Shown here: in pieces, positions 39,540 to 52,144 of the stretch
Numbering within the stretch: the stretch's first letter is position 1
Layout of the letters: every line of letters starts with the position of its first letter
Assembly: GCF_004010195.1 (NCBI RefSeq)
Contig: NC_057753.1
Span: forward strand, 13,009,446-13,073,445
Length of the DNA: 64,000 nt
Source: Chiloscyllium plagiosum
Lineage: Eukaryota
Reading direction: 5' to 3'
Made by a program: the position numbers and the translations under genes
The notes under the pieces: generated by a model
Seen by the model: only the letters and a program-made list of their open reading frames with translations
What the model was told of the DNA's origin: nothing
Database searches by the model: none

Positions 39540-41425
39540 ACAACCTCAAGTCCCTCAGCCTTTTCTAATAAGCCTTTTTCTCCATATCAGGCAGCATCTC
39601 AGTAAATCTCCTCTGAACCCCTTCTAAAGCATCCACATCCTTCCGAAACTGTGGTGAGCAGAATCATCCGTAATTCTCCAAGTACAGCCGCATCAGGGTT
39701 TTGCACAATTGCTGCATGACCTACTAGCTCAAACGCTCAATCCCTCTACCAATGAAAGCACCACACCATATATCGTAACAACCCTATCAAATTCGATGGC
39801 AACTTTCAGGGTTCTGTGCACATAGACACCGAGATCTCCCTACTCATCTACACTACCAAGTATCTTTCTGTGAGCACAGTTCTCATTATGACTGTTGATC
39901 CTTCTAAAGTGAATCAATTCACACTTTTCCACATTAAACACCATTAGCCACCTCTCAGTCCAGCTCTGCCGCTTATCTATGCCTCTTTGTACCCTACAAC
40001 ATCCTTCAACAATATCCACAACCTCATCGACGTTAGTGTCATCTGCAAATTTACTAACTTATTTCTATGCACTCATCCAGGTCATTTTTAAAAATGACAA
40101 ACAGCAGTTGGCCCAGGACAAATCCTTCCAGTGCACGGCTGGTAACCGAACTCCAGATGAACATTTCCCATCAATCACCTACCTCTGTCTTCTTTCAGCT
40201 CGCCAATTTCTGACCAAACCGCTAAATGAACCTGAATCCCATTCCTCCGAATTTTGTGCAAGAGCCAACCGTGTGGATCCTTATAAAACGCCTTACTGAA
40301 ATTGATATACCACACATCAACCACTTTATTCTCATCCACCTGTTCGGCCACCTTCTCAAAGAACTCAATAAGCTTTGTGAGTCAAGTCCTATCCTTCACA
40401 AAACCGGTTTGATTATCTCGAATCAACTTCTTCCTTTCCAGATGACTGTAAATATATATTTTATAATCCATTCCAACACTTTACCCACAATCGAAAGAGG
40501 GGTCACTGGTCTATAATTATCTCTTCTCTCATTCTTTAACAAGGGGACAAGACTTGCTATCCTCCAGTCTTCTGGCACGATTTCTGCAGACAATAAGAAC
40601 CTAAAGGTCAAAGCCAAAGGCTCTGAAATCTCCTGCCAGAGAATCCTGGGATAAATCCCATCAGGCCCAGGGAACGTATTTATTTTTATACTCTCCAGAA
40701 TTGCTAACACCTCCTCTTTCTGAACCTCAATCCCATTTAGTCTAATAGCCTGTATTTCAGTATTCGACTCGACAACGTTGTCGTTTTCCAACGTGAATAC
40801 TGACGAAAAATATCCATTAAGCGCTTCCCGTACCTCCTTGGACCCCACGCAAAACTTCCCTCTCCCATCCTTGATTGGTCCTAATCTTACTGTGGTCATC
40901 CTTTCATTCCTGATAAACCATTCGATGCTTTAGGGTTTTCGTTGATCATATCTGCCAGCGAATTCAGATGTCACCTCCAAGCGCATCTTCGCTCTCTCTT
41001 TAGGTTATTCCTGACTAACCTGTAACACTCAGGCTCTCTAACGAGTCTTCACGTCCAATCTTAACAAAAGCTTCCTTTGTCTTGACAAGAGATTCAACGT
41101 CTTCAGTAAATCATGGCGACCTTGCTCGACCACTTCCTCCCTGCCTGATAGATACATACTTATCGAGGACATGAAGTACCAGTTCCTTGAACAAGCTCCA
41201 CATTTCAACCGTGCCCATTCCCTATAGTTTCCTTCCCGATCCTATTCCTCCTAAACCTTGCCTAATCGCATCTTAATTGCCTTTCCCCAGCTCAACTCTT
41301 GCTCTGCAGTATATGCCTATTCCTTTCCATCACAAGAGTAAACATAACAAAATTGTGGTCACTATCACCAAAGTACGCACCTAACTCCAAATCTATTAAA
41401 TGGCCGAGCTCATTACCCAGTACCG
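39540..41425 (-). mobile_element. CR1 LINE ORF2 fragment
   Basis: ORF 40423-40899 contains PGPDGIYPRIL..VPEDWRIA..NYRPVT. Confidence 0.9.
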
Positions 41426-41789
41426 TTCATAATTCTGAACGATGGTAAGTTCTACTGAGAAAAGAAGACTTTACGAGAAAGAAGCAATATCTTTGGCCAG
41501 AAATTCAAAATGAAGGGAAAGCCAAACAATCCTGTATTGTCAGAGTAAGGAAGAGGGATGGGAGTAAAAGAAAACCAGAAACATATGCCCAAGAAAATAA
41601 TGCCATTGGAATGTGTGAAAGATAATTAACAAAAAGCTGAATCAGAGAGCAAAACGTCTTTCTAAATATCGAAAATGTACAGGTATCAAAAGTAATGATT
41701 TATCCTTTCGTAGACGAGATTGTGAAAATAATATTAGAAGTAAAGAAATAACTGTTCCTTGGAAGGAATGTTGGATCTTCAAAGTGGTC

Positions 41790-42420
41790 AAGAAGTCAAA
41801 TAGGATACTTACATTTCTACGCTGAAGCATAAAGCTTAAGAGCAGAGACGTGATACTGGAGCTTCATGCAAAGTAATTTGGGCACAGTTACAGAATTATG
41901 TGTGGTTCTGACACCCACATGTACAACGGATTTGTTTGCCCAGACGAGGGAGCGAGCGAGGTTTCCTGCGATGTTACGTGAAGTGGAGTTGTTTAATTAT
42001 AAAGAGAAAATGGACAGACTGGGGTTGTTATTTTTAAATAGAAGAGACTGAGAACGAGAAACAATTGAAATGTTTAAAACTCTGAGGTTCACAGACGAGC
42101 TCGACAGGTCAGTATTTATCCACTCACAGGAGTGATCAATGATTGGGCATACAGTTGAGGTAAAGTTTTGGACGATTAGAATAGATGAGAGGTAATTGCA
42201 TTCACTCAGATGTTGGTGGATTCTGGTACTCACTGGCTATAAAGGGTGGCAGATTCGGAAACCCTGACAACATCTGAAAAAATTTTGATGTTCAGTTGTG
42301 ACGCCAAGGCACAAACGATCATGTGTTAATTGCTAGAAAATGGGAAAGAATACGCTTTTTTTAACCAGCACAGACTCAATCGACCGAAGGGCTATTTCTT
42401 TTGGTACTGTATACCGGTGT
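41790..42420 (+). mobile_element. Old CR1 LINE 3' fragment
   Basis: YKEKMDRLGLL remnant and a 3' tail. Confidence 0.65.
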
Positions 42421-42989
42421 ATCTCTCTTACTATTATGGCAAAACAAAGCTGGAAAATGATGAATGGAACTTTAAACAATCATTAAACCCGTGAAACGGA
42501 AAGAAAACTTAGAAGCTTAATGGGATAGGGAGGTAGAAGTCTCCAGGACCTCTAGTGTTTCACACATTATAAAACCTAGATTAGAAACATCAACGTGAAA
42601 GGAAAATGGGATTTTACTGGAAAGGAAACACCTCTTTTCTTTCCAAATGTCTTTATTATAATATCGCTAAGCTACAACAATAGGAAGTGAGAAATAGACT
42701 GAAGTCCGTGCTGCATCTTTTCTATGATCTGTCTTCGAGGTGGAAGCATGACATATAAATATTTCACGTCGTTTCCTTGACATTGCCAGAGATTGAAGAT
42801 AATATATATTCAGTGATCAGGACAGTCACAGGGGATAATTAGATAATATATCTAACCACAAGAAATGACCGAGCAAACACAGTAAGCAAGAACGTCATTC
42901 AGCTAAAATAATAAGAGACTCCGTTCTTTGTCAATTTACCGTCCAGGTCTTGATCTTTTTCGGTGATAGAAGGTGAGAATGCCTTACGA

Positions 42990-43460
42990 TTGTTTTGTAT
43001 GGATTGACTGCTTTCTTGTATTAATGTTCATCTCAGTGCGCAGTAATGCATGACAAAGTCAGAGATCCTAGTTTTGTTGAATTCTGAAGGAACTGTTTTC
43101 TTGGTTTCATTCAAATTAACAGAGAAGTGAACTGAGATACATGTAGGCTTATCCCCATGAATGGTGCCATATTTCCTCAGCAAATACCTCGGAACTCACC
43201 TTGGTTTAGACCATTTGAAAAAGGAGGCAAAGTCGCACTGACCTAAACGTATTATTTTTGCTTCAGCAGATGTAGAGTGGACATTCTAGGAGTGATGCAG
43301 CTAGTCAATCCACTCAGCTGTAAGCAAAACAGAATTGATTTAAATATTATGGATGAAAAATGGATTAAAGGAAACAGAATTTAAAATAACTTAACTTACT
43401 TGACAACCCAAAAGACATGATACCACAACTTAACAAAGCTGTTGCAATTCCTGCAACATC
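42990..43460 (-). pseudogene. TCR alpha V segment pseudogene (leader + 82-nt intron + V exon + decayed 23-RSS)
   Basis: Donor GTAAGT (43399-43394) and acceptor before 43317. Reads PRYLLRKYG..FSVNLNETKKTV..ISDFVMHYCALR. RSS: AACATTA (43028-43022), 23 nt, ACAAAACAA (42998-42990). Confidence 0.8.
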
Positions 43461-45979
43461 CTATAAATATGGCCTTTGACAATTATTAAATCCAAACGTA
43501 GGACCTTACAGGCAGGAGAGGTTTCAGATGTAAAGTTCAGGAAAGACACCTCTGTGGTAGCATAGAACCTCTTTTCACTGTAGCTCCTTCTCTGCTAATA
43601 GCTGTTTTCTGACTGCTTGCTGAAAGAAACAAACTAGAAAAAAAAATAACTGAATAGGGAGATCTGGCTTTTCTTTTGCCATTGTCCAAAAAAAGCATTT
43701 TCAGACAAATTAGCACCACTGCCTCTCTGATCCCTCTTGAAAAAGGAGAACATAACCTCGTTAAAGGGGATGCATCGTCACAGCTATCTGTACTTTATTG
43801 TGAGCATAAAGGCAGGATCCCGAACGCAGTAGGCACTTCAAGAAAAGCAATACGTGGAGAAGCAAAAAGTACAGTATCACCTCAGTTGATCTGGCAGAAT
43901 CTGTAGAATGAGAACCAGTTAGGTTTATCAATCAAATATGACTCTTCTTCAGAACTGTGGAGACATTTCATGTGATGAAATGGAACGAGTGGGTGGTTGT
44001 GTGGGCATCATGAATTCCACAGTAATCACACACGCAAACGCCCACGCAGGCATTCACCATCAGACATGGGGACATTTCCTGGTAATCAGTGGGTAATATT
44101 TGGTCTGACACCAACAATGAGACAACAACAATGTTTCAGGCTTTCGAGCAACCATTATTGCAAAGGAACTCCAAACGGTTCAATTGTACAATTTTCCCTG
44201 AATCTTACACGTACATTGAAAACCAACTGGGACAGACATACTAACAAATTTTGAAGTTCTTGTCACCAAAAGATATCTCCTAACTGAACGTCTGTGTGAA
44301 ATTTTGCGGCTGTCAGTTTGCATGATATTGTGCATTTTTGTTTCCATTCAGTGTGAATCCACTTTTGCCCCGGTGTCGAGTCACTTGGAGTGGTTGGCAT
44401 TATATCGCTTTACAAACATGCTGAAGAAAGAAGAAGGCTTGACACCTTTTAACTCATGGAAACTACTGACAAAATGTCTTTCTTTGAAGTTACATGAAAG
44501 CACAAAGATACACATAGAGAGAAACACAGACACATGCACACATGCGCGCAGATCGATACAAAAAGAGATAGATCGTGAGGGTTAAACACAGATGGAAAAA
44601 TGGAGGGCTATGCACAGATTGACAACTATTTGCAAATACTCAAAGATGCAAATAGTCACACACAGACGTCAATTTTCATCATTTAATCATTGTCATCATG
44701 TTTCTTTCTATGAAATGCAGTTTTCCTGGATCTCGATTCGCATCAGTATCTTCTGGTCACAAGAAAAAGAAATTCTGGATTCAGAAATGCACCGTTTGAG
44801 AAGCAAATCATTCAGTTAATCCCACTCCCCTGCTCGGCTCACAATGTCTTGCAAATGTTCACATTCCAAAACTAACCTACTCTCCGTTGAAAATAAGAGT
44901 ACAACTGCCCCAGCTCTCCCTCAAACAGCTCATTGCAAATCACAACGAATTTCTTTAAAATAAGTGCTGTCTTTATGCCACGCCACCTCTGAAGAATCTT
45001 TCTGCAAAATTCCATGCTATTCTGGAACGTGGGACACGACGATCGTTCTTCAAAACAGTCGCGCGTATGATCATAACAATAAACAAGTGTATGTCTGAGG
45101 GTCAGATGAAGAATGTGCATGCATGATTGACTGTGCATTAGTAAATGAGAGAGGGTGCAAAACAATAGCACATGCATGCGCGTATGTGTATGTGCATGAG
45201 ACTGTGATAGAGTGCGGGTGTGACTGGCAGAACATGTGAGTATAACAGTGGTGAGTAAGTGTGAAGTGGTGTGTGGGTCTCTGAGTGAAGGAACATGTCA
45301 CCCATTGCCGTCCACAGCCTCTAACTTTTCCCAAAGAATAATTATCTTTTCGCTACTCAGTTTTGGATTATTACTTGTCAATATCAAACTCATTATCATA
45401 TGTGTGTATGAGAGAGTTTCTCACTGAGTTTGAAAATAGGCGATTGATAATGTGGGAAAATGCATGATTGCAAATGACGGAAAATGTATAAGTGAGAGTT
45501 TGTTTTAGACTGAGTTTGAGTGGATGTTTGTATGTGAGTGAGAGAGTGTGTGTAAGTGAGTTTACAACATACAACATAGGACAATACAGCGCAGAACAGG
45601 CCCTTAGGCCCATGATGTTGCGCCATCCTGTGAACTATTCTCAGCCCGTCCCCCTACACTATCGCATCGTCATCCACGTGCTTATGAGTAACAGAGAGAA
45701 GGTGTGCCTGAGATATAGTGAGAGCTTGAGAATGAATTTGGTGAATTTGACAGAGTGAACATCTCACCACTGCCGTCCCAGTATCATTCTACAAATTCCT
45801 CCATACCTGTGCTCGTCTAATTGTGCTCTCTTCTGCATTACTTCAATTCAAATGTCTACCAATGTCTTTTGTGCATTTAACTGCGGAAGCCTTATTCTTT
45901 TGAGATTATATCCTTAATGGCTTTCTTCCTTGTTCAGTACGTGGCATTTAAGCGTAATTTTTCAGAAGAATGTTTTCAG

Positions 45980-46800
45980 AATCAGAGAGTCAGCAAGTCC
46001 TACAGCACGGAGACATGTCCTTTAGCCCAAATTGGCCCAAGCTTATCAAAATAACCGTCGGCGCCAACCCCATTTCCCTGCATTTGGCCCATATCCTTCT
46101 AATTCTTTCCTCTGGATCTATTTGCCCAAATTACTTTTAAATATTGTTAATGTACCTGCCTCAAACACTCCTGCTGGTAACACATTCCATCTGCGTAATA
46201 GCCTCTGTGTAAAAAAGAAAATGCCCTCAGGTTCGCTTTTCTTTTTTTCCCTCTACAGATACGGCCTAGTCCTCTATTCCCCAAGCCAGCAAAAAAGACT
46301 GAGTGCATTAACACTGTCCATGCTTCTTCTGACTTCATGCACATCTAAAAGGCTCCCCCCAGTCTCCTATGCTCTAAGGAAAGCTCTCATAGCCTGTCAA
46401 ATCCCTCCTTATAACGCAAACCATTGAGTCCGGGGAAAATTTTTGTAAATTTCTTCTTCACTCTTTCCAGTTTAATAACATCCTTCATATAGCAAGGTGA
46501 CCAAAACTGAACACAATACTCCGACTGCGGCTTCACCAACATCCTGTTTAATTGAAACGTAACTTCCAACTTTTATACTCAATGTCCTAGCTGATGCAGT
46601 TCAGTGTGCCATAAGTATTCCTCACTGCACTTTCTACCTGTGACGCCACTTTCAGAGCACTGTGATCTTAAACTCCAAGATCCCTCTGTTCCACTACTCT
46701 CCGAAAGGCCCTAGTATACTCCATGCAAGTCCTACCATGATTTGACTTTCCAAAATGCAAAACCGCATACTTATCTATATTGAACTCCATTTCTCACTTC
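45980..46800 (-). mobile_element. CR1/HER1-type LINE 3' fragment
   Basis: EYCVQFWSPCYMKDVIKLERVKKKFTK. Confidence 0.88.
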
Positions 46801-47249
46801 CATTCGTAATTCTGAAGGTTAAATGAATAGTGAGAAAAACCTAGTTCAATCTCTTTTTAGAACAACTCAGACTTCATTTCAGACATCGTGCTATGGATTG
46901 TTGCATGGGAACGAAATATCTTTATGCTTCAATGAAGGTCGTACCGTGATTGAGTTCTCATAGTTCATTTCTTATACTGTAATAAGATCACAATACAAAC
47001 CACATGCTACTGCATTATGGCATAAATGTACTTCCATAAGCAGAAAAAAAATCGGAGTTTGCTACAGTCGAGTAAGACCTAATGTTCAACAATATAGTTG
47101 ATTAATGTTACAAGGCCATACGCAAAGATTAAGATTTAAGCCATATAATAAATGATATGTCCATTAACACATACGTAATAAATTGAATTACATCCTATAA
47201 TAGTCCATAAAACAAGCTCTGACAATGCGTTATAGTTTACCACAGCAAA

Positions 47250-47569
47250 GTATAATGTCACACAAAGTACATGCATATATCGAAAGTTGGCTGCAGTCCC
47301 TTTCGTTTAGGTAGTGCCAGATGTTGGAAAAACATCATCCCAATCCTGAAAGGAGAGGTGCGTTACATCCAGAGGTTCAAGTAAATTTAAACAACTCATT
47401 TGTGATCTATTCCTCCCCAAGAATACCAATTACTAGGAGAATCAGGTACCAGATGACAGAGAAAGGGTCATTGGTATGTCCATAGATCGTCTTTCAGAAA
47501 CGAAAATATTTCACAACGTGGTGTAGCTCAGCTTTATCACATATCCCAGTTGACCCTCGTTTATTCCTC
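47250..47569 (-). pseudogene. Possible degenerate Ig V-domain exon
   Basis: GYVIKLSY, SVIWYL and GLQPTFDICMYF remnants occur in order over about 320 nt. No RSS was recognised. Confidence 0.3.
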
Positions 47570-48404
47570 TGTAGGCCAACAGTAACACTTCAACTTCAAG
47601 TTTGCTTACAATCTATTTAAAAAACGGGTAAAATCAAAGTTCTGTGTCTTGCATTCCTAACTTTGTAAGTGAAACTATGTTATATCTGTAGGCAAAATTC
47701 TGGCGGCCTCCCTCTGTCCATAAGCGATGTTTTCAAACTCTGCTTTGAATGGAATTGCTTATTTTAAGTACTGAGATGATATCGAATTTCTAAATTTAAA
47801 CATCTCTTCCATGTTCTAAATTGTTCTATTCATTTCGTTGCCAAATTAAATTAAACTTTCGTTCATTGGGAATTATATTAACATTTCAGCATTAACTTCA
47901 TGTCAGTATTTAAATACATTTATACCGCATATGTTTGAACAATCATGCACTATATGGGAGTGTATCGGAGGTAAATACCATCGCATGCAAATTCTGTGCC
48001 ATGTGTAACTGTCGATCTCTTCGGTGTTTTCTACTAAAGTGTGCATCCAGGAAGGATCTCCAAATAGTTGATCCTCGTTAATGGATGTACTATTAGTTCC
48101 CACATGGCATGATACAATTCAGAGAGAGTTATCATTGAGAGTTATCATGCATGATCCATGGCTTACATCTGTCATACCAAATGCACTGGCAATGGAGGCA
48201 TGATGAATATAATATCTGATATTACATGCTCTGCGTGATCTTGATTGAGAATGAGCCGAATATAATATGAACAGTTACAACATGGTTAATTGGGAGAATT
48301 ACGTGTCGCTTAACCGGAATAAAGGAAGTGGGGTAGGGGGGTGTGCAATGAGAGATGACACGCGGCCCATTGCATTATGCTTTGATGGTCATAACACGCA
48401 ATTG

Positions 48405-48842
48405 CAAAGTTAAAAACCAAACACCAGCATGTTATAATCCATCAGGTTTAATTAGAATTACAAACTTTCAAGGGGCTGCTCCTTCATCAGGTAGGTATCG
48501 AGGCAGAATCATCAGACAGAATTTATGATAATAGTGTCATACGCCTTAGGTGATGCATTAAAAAACTAGATTTCTTTAACACTTCGAATGTTACAGATTT
48601 CGATGCATCAGTAGTTAAATCCCAAAATTTATTTCAAGTCACACTCCTGAGGTAACGTAACAGTTTATTTAAAATAGTTGATAGCTCAACTCAGACAATG
48701 TCTGATCCTGCCCCACTAGCTTCCTGATGAAGTAGAAGCACTCTGAAAGCTTTTACATCCAAAAAATCTGTTGAGCTACAAACTGGTGTTGGGCGATTTT
48801 TAATTTTGTCAACCACAGTCTAACACTGGCACCTACACATCA
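48405..48842. mobile_element. Penelope-derived foldback element with hammerhead cores on both strands
   Basis: Inverted termini with CTGATGA..GAAAG on minus (48490-48464) and plus (48724-48749). A related short copy lies at about 2742-2840. Confidence 0.65.
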
Positions 48843-49373
48843 AAATAATTACAAATATTGATGAGAATAGACTATTAATTAAACAGGCATTGTCAATGTA
48901 ATACAGAATGATGCGTCATACAGATTGGAAACATTCGGCTCTAATTTAATACAAAAAGAGAAATGATCCAACTGAATACGAACACCAGCACATTCGAGTT
49001 TAATATAAACGGAAATAGAAACAAGTGTAATATAAATAAACATAGGGTCGACCGTAACATAAATCGAAGCAAATTCATTTGAAATAGCGGCAATAACGTT
49101 GCATCGTTCAACACTGGTCGACACAACGTCTGGCGTAAGAAAGGAAAACATGTCAACATTCAGAGAGGACGACAAATGTGTCGCAAGTTATATAAACAGA
49201 GGGATGAGCGATTGAAGAAGTAATTGAGTCAGTCACAGAAAGTATCTAGTGTAATAATTGATTGGACTATTTAATTTAGCACGTATCCAGGGCACTTATG
49301 TGAGTGGCAGTGTCAGAGCTCTGTGTGTGGAGAATGGGCTTCAAGTCCTATCTGTTCCTGAGGTGTGTAGTGT

Positions 49374-49676
49374 TTAGATTAGATTACATTACAGTGTGGA
49401 AACAGGCCCTTCGGCCCAACAAGTCCACACCGACCCACCGAAGCGAAACCCACCCATACCCCTACATTTACCCCTTACCTAACACTACGGGCAATTTAGC
49501 ATGGCCAATTCACCTGAACCTGCACATCTTTTGGACAGTGGGAGGAAACCGGAGCACCCGGAGGAAACCCACGCAGACACGGGGAGAACGTGCAAACTCC
49601 ACACAGTCAGTCGCCTGAGGCGGGAATTGAACCCGGGTGAGGCAGCAGTGCTAACCACTGTGCCACCGTGCCGCCC
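49374..49676 (-). mobile_element. tRNA-derived V-SINE (HE1-like shark SINE)
   Basis: Head GGGCGGCACGGTGGCACAGTGGTTAGCAC (A box), GGTTCAATTCC (B box), V-domain TGTGTGGAGTTTGCACGTTCTCCCCGTGTCTGCGTGGGTTTCCTCCGGG and a LINE-like 3' tail. Confidence 0.92.
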
Positions 49677-52144
49677 ACAAGTAGGTGTGCCTATTAAAGA
49701 CACATATGCTGTTGTGATAATGATTCGGGGGGTGAACTATTAAGAGACAAAGAGTAAGAGTATCACAATAGTCAAAACACCTGTCAAAGCACTTACGCAG
49801 GCAGAAGGTAATTACCATCAAGGTAATAAATATGCAAATAATAGCACAGAACAAAAAAGATTTTGCCAATGAGATACAGCTATCTCTGCTCACAAAAATC
49901 CATATTTCGTCACTCCCTTGTGTTCTTCCTACAGCATAGAATATTAGACGTTTTTGATGTTTAGAACAATAAAATATAGAAACATTCACAGCAGGAAAGT
50001 AAACCCCTCTGACCATCGGATCTATGCTGGCTGAGAAAAGAACCATCAAATCAAATTCCATTTGACAATATGTGTTCAATGAACTTTGAGGTTCAGTATT
50101 TATGGTGTTAGTATCTTTGCTAAACAGGTTATCAGCTAATGTCTCTTTCGTCGTTTCAGGTTGAGTTTTCCAAACCATATACAACGTCCAGTTTTTTTAA
50201 AAAAAGAAAATGTTCACTCTACGCTAAACGTTTTATCAATAACTATTAACCTATGAAATTCAGTCACTGACGTGTTAAGCAAGGTAAATCCATCCTTCAA
50301 CCCATTTTATCCAGGCCCCTGAGAATCTTGAACAAGTCAAGAAAGCCTCCCCTAAAGCTCCTCATCATCAAAGAAAACAACTACAGACTCTACATACTTC
50401 CCCAGTGGCTTATTTTCCAGTCCTGGACAATCTGCATAAATACCGCTAATGCACTGTTGAGTGTCATGACAACTTCAGTAACAATGTGACGGTAAAGTAA
50501 TAACCAGGACCTAGTGAGACATCATCAAAGATCAAAATTTAATCACGAGTTTCTACACAGTTTTATTTTAGGTCAAATGGCGTTTCACAACTGTGTTAAA
50601 GATTTTGCTTAGTTACATGCTGAGCTGTGAAGTATTCGACTGGGATAAAATAAATAAATTGAAATGGGACAGACCTTTTTTTTGCAGAGTGGAAATCACC
50701 ACAAGCTTTCCATGCATCTGAAAATGATTGAGTGGTAATTTGCTCTTAGCAATTGGCATCATGTTGAGTTTTTCTCTTTTTATGAAGACACTTATGTTTA
50801 CAAGGACATTGGTGCCATTTATTTATTTCCCTGATCTAGGAATTCAAATCTTTGGACTTTCAATCAAAAATGGATATGGTATTGACAGTCCAAGAGCCTC
50901 CCATGATCTCATTAGTTTGGCCGCACATATTTATCACGAGACCAAGGGATCTTACAATCCATCCCATTAATTTACATTCCCATACTGGCAGTTATGCTCC
51001 TTATCAAATTCTATTATTCATTTTATATTTCCTAGTGACCTTGTCACAGGAGACATAAAAAGAGTCAGTTAATTCGTAATAATTACTATAACATTCATAA
51101 TATCAGTTACAACATAAAACTACATACTTATTCAATTATATGGCGACATCTAATTTTGGAATGCTTTAGCCAATGAGATATGATCATTTTCTGCCCCACC
51201 TGAACTTATAATATCAAACAAACACTATATCTCTAACTTGTTGCTGCAAATATAACTCTTTCTATCCACACACTATCTTTAGGTGCATTTTAAATAGGCG
51301 ATTGCTTTAACGGCGGAATTTACTGTCTCTAACTATTTCTACACTAACTACTTTCCTTAAAAAGATGACGCTTATTTAAATTCAAAGCAAGAAAGAAACT
51401 CAATAACTTCCCCAGCTTTGGAGACTTGTCTGAATTGCTAAAGTGTTTAAAAAAAAATCTCTGCCCTTCCCACCTTAATCCTTGGGCTTAAGAATGGTTA
51501 TTTGCGTTGTGAAGCTGCCATTGTTTATTTTCACGAATTCCAGCTGGTGACCATTAACGGGTTATGTGCATGCCCATTGGTCTGTCAGTCCCCCTTGCCG
51601 AGGGAATAATGTCTGTTTATAGCCCTCTGTTTTAAACAATTGCAACCAAATTTCTTAACGTTCAGTGTAGACTCCTTTCTTAATTTATCCAATCTCGATA
51701 ACCTGAAGATTCCACGCTGTTTTAGGATCATGCTATTTTTTTAATTCTGGCGAAAATACAGACTTCGGACTGTTTGTTCCAAACATTTCCGAACATGCTG
51801 CCACTCACACAGATCAGCATATAGAATTTTCTGTATTTTACTTTAAAACAATCTTTGTTCATTCTGTTACCCTGGAATAATATTTTCCTCAAAGCTACCA
51901 TTGTCGTCACTTAGGGAATTGTTCAATTCTGAACTCAGAAAGTTACTTCTGCTGCTATGGGTAAAAGAATGTTTTACCGCCATATCTATGCAAATAAAGA
52001 TTGACAAGCAGCTACCTTGTGCCACTTCTGGACTTGGGCTGTCCCAACATGCACACTTACCACCACTTTCTTAAATGAACAATGAAGGGACGTAAACCAA
52101 AACGAGATGGCAATTTATGGAGATAATACTAAAATTGAGACATT

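Noticed and set aside
44304-45090. Leader-like RLSVCMILCIFVSIQ and CYSGTWD suggesting a light-chain or gamma V
   Set aside because: The intervening sequence matches a decayed CR1 3' end and there is no V framework.
48879-50200. Weak V-like words (NVSNL..YY; GVYFPAV) in two minus-strand ORFs
   Set aside because: Too degenerate, with no heptamer at the correct position.
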